The notes beneath the pieces were generated by a model. It was not told the DNA's origin. It saw only the letters and a list, made by a program, of their open reading frames with translations, and ran no database searches. Positions 38,742-43,352 of a stretch of 43,352 nucleotides of DNA are shown piece after piece (the stretch's first letter is position 1; every line of letters starts with the position of its first letter). Origin of the DNA: Bdellovibrionales bacterium (GTDB lineage Bacteria; Bdellovibrionota; Bdellovibrionia; Bdellovibrionales; UBA1609); NCBI GenBank assembly GCA_028819305.1, contig JAPPLY010000047.1, forward strand, positions 1 through 43,352, read 5' to 3'. The position numbers were made by a program, and so were the translations under genes.

Positions 38742-39050
38742 AATAAATATCTCGCATTTCTATCAATTTGTTCAACATCCGTCATCTGAAAAAGAATTTA
38801 TGTTCTAAAGAAATCTCTCTATTATCCTTAACAGCCTTGATAATGTTTTTTACTTTAAAGAAATATTATCCAATTATACCGAACCGAACGGATATAATTA
38901 CATGGTTTTTTCAATGCCAACTATTTCGCCTTTAGTCAATGGACAAAGCCCCATTTTTGATTATTCTATTGTTCTTTATATCATTTTAGACGATGAGGTA
39001 TTATTGAGGAGGGTGTTATGGGTCAAAGTTTTAAACTCAGGAACTTTTTT

Positions 39051-39938
39051 TTAGAAAAGCAGGGTCACAGAACTACTCACTTCAGATCTTATCCTTTGTT
39101 TTTCAGCATCACTAAAATCATTATATCTTAGATCAATCCTCTCTAAAGCACTCAGACTATTAAAGATACCCGGCGGTAATCTTTTTAAATTATTATGATA
39201 AAGATTAATCTCCCTTAAGGAGCTTAGACCATTAAAGAGACCCGCCGGCAAGCTCTCTAAAGAAGTCTCTCGCAGATTAATCTCCTCTAAAGCACTCAGA
39301 CCATTAAAAAAGCTCTCCGGCAAGGTTCCGCTTTCTAAAGGCTGATGATCCATGCGAAAACGAATTAAAGAAGTTAAACCACTCAATAAGCCAGGTGGCA
39401 CGCTTCTTAAACCCATATTATACATATTAATCTCCTCTAAATTGCTCAGGCCATTAAAAATATCAGCCGGCAAGCTCCCTACAGTATTATCATAAAGAAT
39501 CAGCGTCTTTAAACCGCTCAGACCATTAAAAGTATGAGAAGGAAAGTTTCTTATATTTTTCTTTTTAAGATTAAGTGTTAAAATTTGTCTTAAATCTGCT
39601 TCTGTAACTATTTCACAAGTGGCTCCAATCTCTATCACATTTAGATCTTTTAGCACAGTTAAAATTTCTGTTCTAACTTCTGGTATTTTGTCACAAACAT
39701 TTGTGTTAAAAGTTCCCCCGCTTGATGAGGAACCAGAGGATCTTCCTGACGAAGAGCCAGAACCACCTGACGAAGAACCGGAACCACCTGATCGGGAACG
39801 GGAGCTTTTTGATCGGGCACTAAAGCTTTCCTCCTCCTGGCCCTCCGAATCAATGAGCTGTCCTTGTTCGACTTTTTCTGTGCAAGAATAGAAAAAAGCA
39901 AACAGAAACAAAACAAGAATGAATATCCAACTCTTCAT
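39051..39938 (-). CDS. Leucine-rich repeat lipoprotein
   Basis: Lipobox-like FYSC, a Ser/Gly linker, a two-Cys N-cap and about seven 24-aa LRRs (LxxLPxxxFNGLSxLxxIxL). Start at 39938 or 39956. Confidence 0.85.
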   Translation of the reverse strand: MKSWIFILVLFLFAFFYSCTEKVEQGQLIDSEGQEEESFSARSKSSRSRSGGSGSSSGGSGSSSGRSSGSSSSGGTFNTNVCDKIPEVRTEILTVLKDLNVIEIGATCEIVTEADLRQILTLNLKKKNIRNFPSHTFNGLSGLKTLILYDNTVGSLPADIFNGLSNLEEINMYNMGLRSVPPGLLSGLTSLIRFRMDHQPLESGTLPESFFNGLSALEEINLRETSLESLPAGLFNGLSSLREINLYHNNLKRLPPGIFNSLSALERIDLRYNDFSDAEKQRIRSEVSSSVTLLF

Positions 39939-40205
39939 ATTTAAAATTATAGGCATTACTGTTAAAAAATAAAAGTTCTAAGATGTGATGCCTACTCATT
40001 ATCCCCATTTTAGGGACGATTCATACTGATTCTATGTGGTTGGTAGAGGTATCAAGTCTTTAGTCATGGGAATCTATCGAATTTTCTCAACTTTAGTGTA
40101 GTGTTATGGCTTAAAAAAATATTTGATAGTTTTTTAGCTGATGCGGGTGGTGAGTTTTTGTTTATTATTCTACCGGGCTGGTATAAATCGAGTTGTGTAA
40201 TTTTT

Positions 40206-41306
40206 TTATGACAAGCGAATCCTTGGATCAAAATAACTATAGAGTAAATCCACAACTAAATTAGCAAAAATAAGCACAGTAGAGTAAATAAGGGTCACTC
40301 CTAAAATCAAAGGATAATCTCTATTGGTCACACTATTTACAAGGTGCTTGGCCATTCCTGGAATGGCAAAAATATGTTCCACAATAAAAGAGCCGGTTAA
40401 AATTCCTGCTATCAGTGGACCGGAGAAGGTTAAAACCGGAAGAAAAGAGTTTTTTAACACATGCTTATAGAGAATAGCCCAGCCATTTAAACCCTTAGCC
40501 TTCGCCGTTCTGACATAATCAGATTGAATCACTTCCAGAACACTGGCTCGAGTAAGACGCGCAATAAAAGAAATAGGCCGGGTCCCTAAAACCAAAATAG
40601 GTAATATGTAATAAGAAGGTCCTTCCCACAAAGCTGCTTCAAACCAGTTTAGGTAAAAACAAAAAAACAAAATCAGCAAAGGGGCCACTAAAAAGCTAGG
40701 TAAAGACACACCGCTAATGGCTCCTATCATTAAAAAGCGATCAGACCAGGTATTGTGGCGAGAGGCTGCCCATACACCAAAAGGCACACCTATTAAATAA
40801 GAAAGAATCAAAGCGTAAATCCCCAGTTGAATGGAGATGGGAAGGGTCTCCCCTATAATAGTGGAGATATTACGATCAATGTATTTATAAGATTCTCCTA
40901 AGTTGCCCTGTATCAAGCCACTTAAATAGTACCCGTATTGGTAGAGTAGAGGACGATCCAAGTGATATTTTGCCTCGATATTGGCTTTCACTTCTGGAGG
41001 GAGAGTTTTTTCTCTATCAAAAGGGCCACCTGGTAAGGCTCTTAATAAGGCAAAAGTGATGGTGGATATAATAAAAAGAGTAAAAAGAGCACCTAAAATT
41101 CTTTTTAATACATAAGTTAACATCCCTTTTTTAATAGTGTAGTAAGCAAATAAAGTGCCCAAACCACCTAAGTTCAAAAGCCAAAGCCAGTACGGAATAT
41201 GATAATTTAAAAAACTTAAAATTAAGGTTAAAGATAAGCAAGTACAAATACACAAAGTAGCCAATGTTCCTGGAGAGAAGACATAGAACAGAGAAAGAAC
41301 TTTCAC
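40206..41306 (-). CDS. oppB: Oligopeptide ABC transporter permease with an N-terminal membrane extension
   Basis: LPGGPF, GNLGES, DYVRTAKAKG, VEHIFAIPG, RDYP and DPRIR. Start overlaps the oppA stop. Confidence 0.9.
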   Translation of the reverse strand: MKVLSLFYVFSPGTLATLCICTCLSLTLILSFLNYHIPYWLWLLNLGGLGTLFAYYTIKKGMLTYVLKRILGALFTLFIISTITFALLRALPGGPFDREKTLPPEVKANIEAKYHLDRPLLYQYGYYLSGLIQGNLGESYKYIDRNISTIIGETLPISIQLGIYALILSYLIGVPFGVWAASRHNTWSDRFLMIGAISGVSLPSFLVAPLLILFFCFYLNWFEAALWEGPSYYILPILVLGTRPISFIARLTRASVLEVIQSDYVRTAKAKGLNGWAILYKHVLKNSFLPVLTFSGPLIAGILTGSFIVEHIFAIPGMAKHLVNSVTNRDYPLILGVTLIYSTVLIFANLVVDLLYSYFDPRIRLS

Positions 41307-42889
41307 TTAAACTCTACCTCTTTAAAAGAAATTTTACCCATGATATTCAAAGGAAAAACCGCAATCCGATCTGAGATCAACCAGTGTGATTGAGCCGAAT
41401 AAATAGGTATAACCGCTGATTCTTCCTCTATAAGGATTTTTTGCGCTTCTACATATAATTTCAAGCGTTCTTTTTCATCTAACAAGGTGCCGGCTTTTTC
41501 CACTAGGGAATCATAAGGGTCATTGCCCCACCCTGTGTGGTTATTTTCCGAATAAGAAGTCATCAAAGTCATAAAGTTATCAGGGTCGGGATAATCCGCC
41601 ACCCAGCCCATTCTATAAATTTGTTGTCTTCCGGTTTTTAAACTTTGTAAATAGGTTTTCCACTCTTCATTGGCTAACTCCACTTGGATATGGAGATGTT
41701 TTTTTAACTGCGCTTGTACTTTTGCTGCCACTCTTTTGTGGTCCTCATGGGTATTATAGGATATGGTTACCCTGGGAAAGGTGGAACGATCCCTATATCC
41801 AGCCTCATCCATTAGTGCTTGTGCCTTTTCAGGATTAAACTGAAAACCTATAGAGGGATCATAACCCAATAAATCTATGGGAACCCAGCCCCTTAAAGGA
41901 ACCTGATCCCCTTTCAGCAAGTTGGTAATCTGTTTTCTGTCAATGGCCATGTTAAAAGCCTTTCTCACTCGCACATCATCAAAGGGTTTTTTCTTTATAT
42001 TGATACCATAATAATAAATAGACATTATAGGGTGGGAGCGATACTCTTTCTTTTTCCTAAGCACAGGCAGTTCTCTGGAAGGAAGGTCTCCAATGGCATC
42101 CAATTTTCCTCTCTCAAAAAGGTTGAGAGCTGTTCCACTTTCAGGAATAATATGAATAAGAATATTTTTTATTTTAGCTGCTTGGTTGTAGTAATCAGTA
42201 TTTCTTTCTAAGACGATTCTTTTATCATGCTCCCATACCTTTAAATTATAAGCCCCTAGGGTGACTATGTTTTGCGGATCCGTCCAACGACTTCCGTATT
42301 TTTCAATAATATCTTTTCGTATGGGATAGGTGCTGGTATGGGAGACGAAATAAGGAAAATAGCTTTTCCCTTTTTTAAGCTCTACCACTAACTGTCCCTG
42401 TTCGTTAATAGAGACTCCTACTTGAGAAAAATCTTTTATCTTTCCTTCACTATAGGCCCTTGCATTTTTAATAGGGTATAAAAAATAGGCATACTCAGAA
42501 GCAGTTTTAGGATTTAGTAGTCTTTCCCACCCATCCTTGATATGGGAGGCTCTAAATTCTTTTCCATCACTCCATTTAACCCCCTTTCTCATCGTAAAAG
42601 TCCATATCTTTCCATCGGGAGTGGAGCTCCATTTTTTTGCTAAAGCTGGTTTTAATCCGGCTGGTTTTTTTGAAAAATCATAATTGAGCAGACCATCCAT
42701 GATATTATCCACAATTAGACTAGATGTGGTGTCCGTGGCCTTATTCCAATCCAGAGTGGGTGGCTCAGAACCTATATTGAAGCGAAATGTTTCTTTTAAA
42801 GGCAAAGTGGAATGATCGCTTTGTTTTTTTTTAAAACAAGACACTAAAGACAAACTCAACAAAAGGACTTTTAGTAAATGAAGTTTCAT
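41303..42889 (-). CDS. oppA: Oligopeptide ABC transporter substrate-binding lipoprotein
   Basis: ATG 42889 with a GGGGA RBS gives lipobox LVSC. EPPTLD, WSDG and GWVADYPDP motifs. The ORF-track start at 42967 lies inside a REP. Confidence 0.9.
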   Translation of the reverse strand: MKLHLLKVLLLSLSLVSCFKKKQSDHSTLPLKETFRFNIGSEPPTLDWNKATDTTSSLIVDNIMDGLLNYDFSKKPAGLKPALAKKWSSTPDGKIWTFTMRKGVKWSDGKEFRASHIKDGWERLLNPKTASEYAYFLYPIKNARAYSEGKIKDFSQVGVSINEQGQLVVELKKGKSYFPYFVSHTSTYPIRKDIIEKYGSRWTDPQNIVTLGAYNLKVWEHDKRIVLERNTDYYNQAAKIKNILIHIIPESGTALNLFERGKLDAIGDLPSRELPVLRKKKEYRSHPIMSIYYYGINIKKKPFDDVRVRKAFNMAIDRKQITNLLKGDQVPLRGWVPIDLLGYDPSIGFQFNPEKAQALMDEAGYRDRSTFPRVTISYNTHEDHKRVAAKVQAQLKKHLHIQVELANEEWKTYLQSLKTGRQQIYRMGWVADYPDPDNFMTLMTSYSENNHTGWGNDPYDSLVEKAGTLLDEKERLKLYVEAQKILIEEESAVIPIYSAQSHWLISDRIAVFPLNIMGKISFKEVEFK

Positions 42890-42944
42890 AAATCCCCATC
42901 CTCTTATAGATGCAAAAAACATACCGATTTGGTATAGAAACTCC

Positions 42945-42983
42945 GTTCCTTGCTTTCGCGGGGACAAACTTCACAGGGACAGA
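42945..42983. repeat. Degenerate REP-like palindrome plus half-site
   Basis: GTTCCTTGCTTTCGCGGGGACAA followed by CACAGGGACAGA; resembles 3370-3392 and 19366-19394. Confidence 0.55.
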
Positions 42984-43245
42984 TTTGCTCCCTCCGCTTA
43001 TCCTTAGAAAGAAGCTTCCCTTGGGAAGAAGCTTACAGAAACTACAAAACCTTTTCCTCGCCCCCGGGCTTTCGTAGGGATCAAACCAGATTGGTATAGG
43101 AAAGATATAGATTAAAAGTAAGATGAGTACAAGATATACTTTTTGATTGTATATCTTAAATCGCTTATACTGGTTTAATTTGAAATTTAAAGTGGTTCAG
43201 ATTTCAGATGAAAGTGGATTACATCTTCTTTGCAAGCGGGAATAT

Positions 43246-43352
43246 TGTCATCCCCGCGATGTTGTCATCCCCGCGATTCTGTCACCCCCACGATGTTGTC
43301 ATCCCCACGATGTTGTCATCCCCGCGATTCTGTCACCCCCACGATGTTGTCA
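43246..43352. repeat. 17-bp tandem repeat (6 full copies plus 5 nt, cut by the window edge)
   Basis: TGTCAYCCCCRCGATKY units at 43246, 43263, 43280, 43297, 43314, 43331 and 43348, with a higher-order 51-bp period. Confidence 0.95.

Noticed and set aside
38745-39050. Possible pseudogene between oppC and the LRR gene
   Set aside because: The minus-strand frames I read are interrupted by stops and show no recognisable motif.
39975-40040. Fluoride riboswitch-like TGATGCCTAC
   Set aside because: The 5-prime half of the motif is missing, it lies on the strand opposite the flanking genes, and no fluoride-related gene is adjacent.
196-40255. The many 60-160 aa ORFs nested within or antisense to the called genes
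   Set aside because: Shadow frames of well-supported genes, with no recognisable motifs.
43246-43352. CRISPR array
   Set aside because: Units are contiguous 17-mers with no unique spacers, and there are no cas genes in the window.

Overview
AT-rich bacterial chromosomal window. The gene content (GspE, a split ComEC, a FabMG-like reductase, scpAB next to a site-2 protease, large hypothetical lipoproteins) suggests Bdellovibrionota/Oligoflexia; this is inference. Housekeeping genes (ftsW-murG-murC, ggt, class V aminotransferase, holA, scpAB, gspE, type II glutamine synthetase, lnt, oppABC) sit in short, broken operons interleaved with accessory genes. The accessory genes are an orphan adenine methyltransferase, an MmeI-like type IIL restriction-modification enzyme, two PD-(D/E)XK-like nucleases, a papain-like secreted protease, an LRR lipoprotein and an SdpA/SdpB-like (DUF5819/HTTM) pair. 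The most distinctive signal is non-coding. A 105-123 bp branched hairpin element occurs in two full copies, which differ by four compensatory base-pair swaps, plus one partial copy. One full copy is nested in a TA-flanked 382-bp MITE. About ten REP-like palindromes are scattered through the intergenic DNA, and one REP arm is amplified into a 17-bp tandem array at the window end. No rRNA, tRNA, CRISPR array or transposase was recognised. All family assignments come from motifs read by eye, not from database searches.
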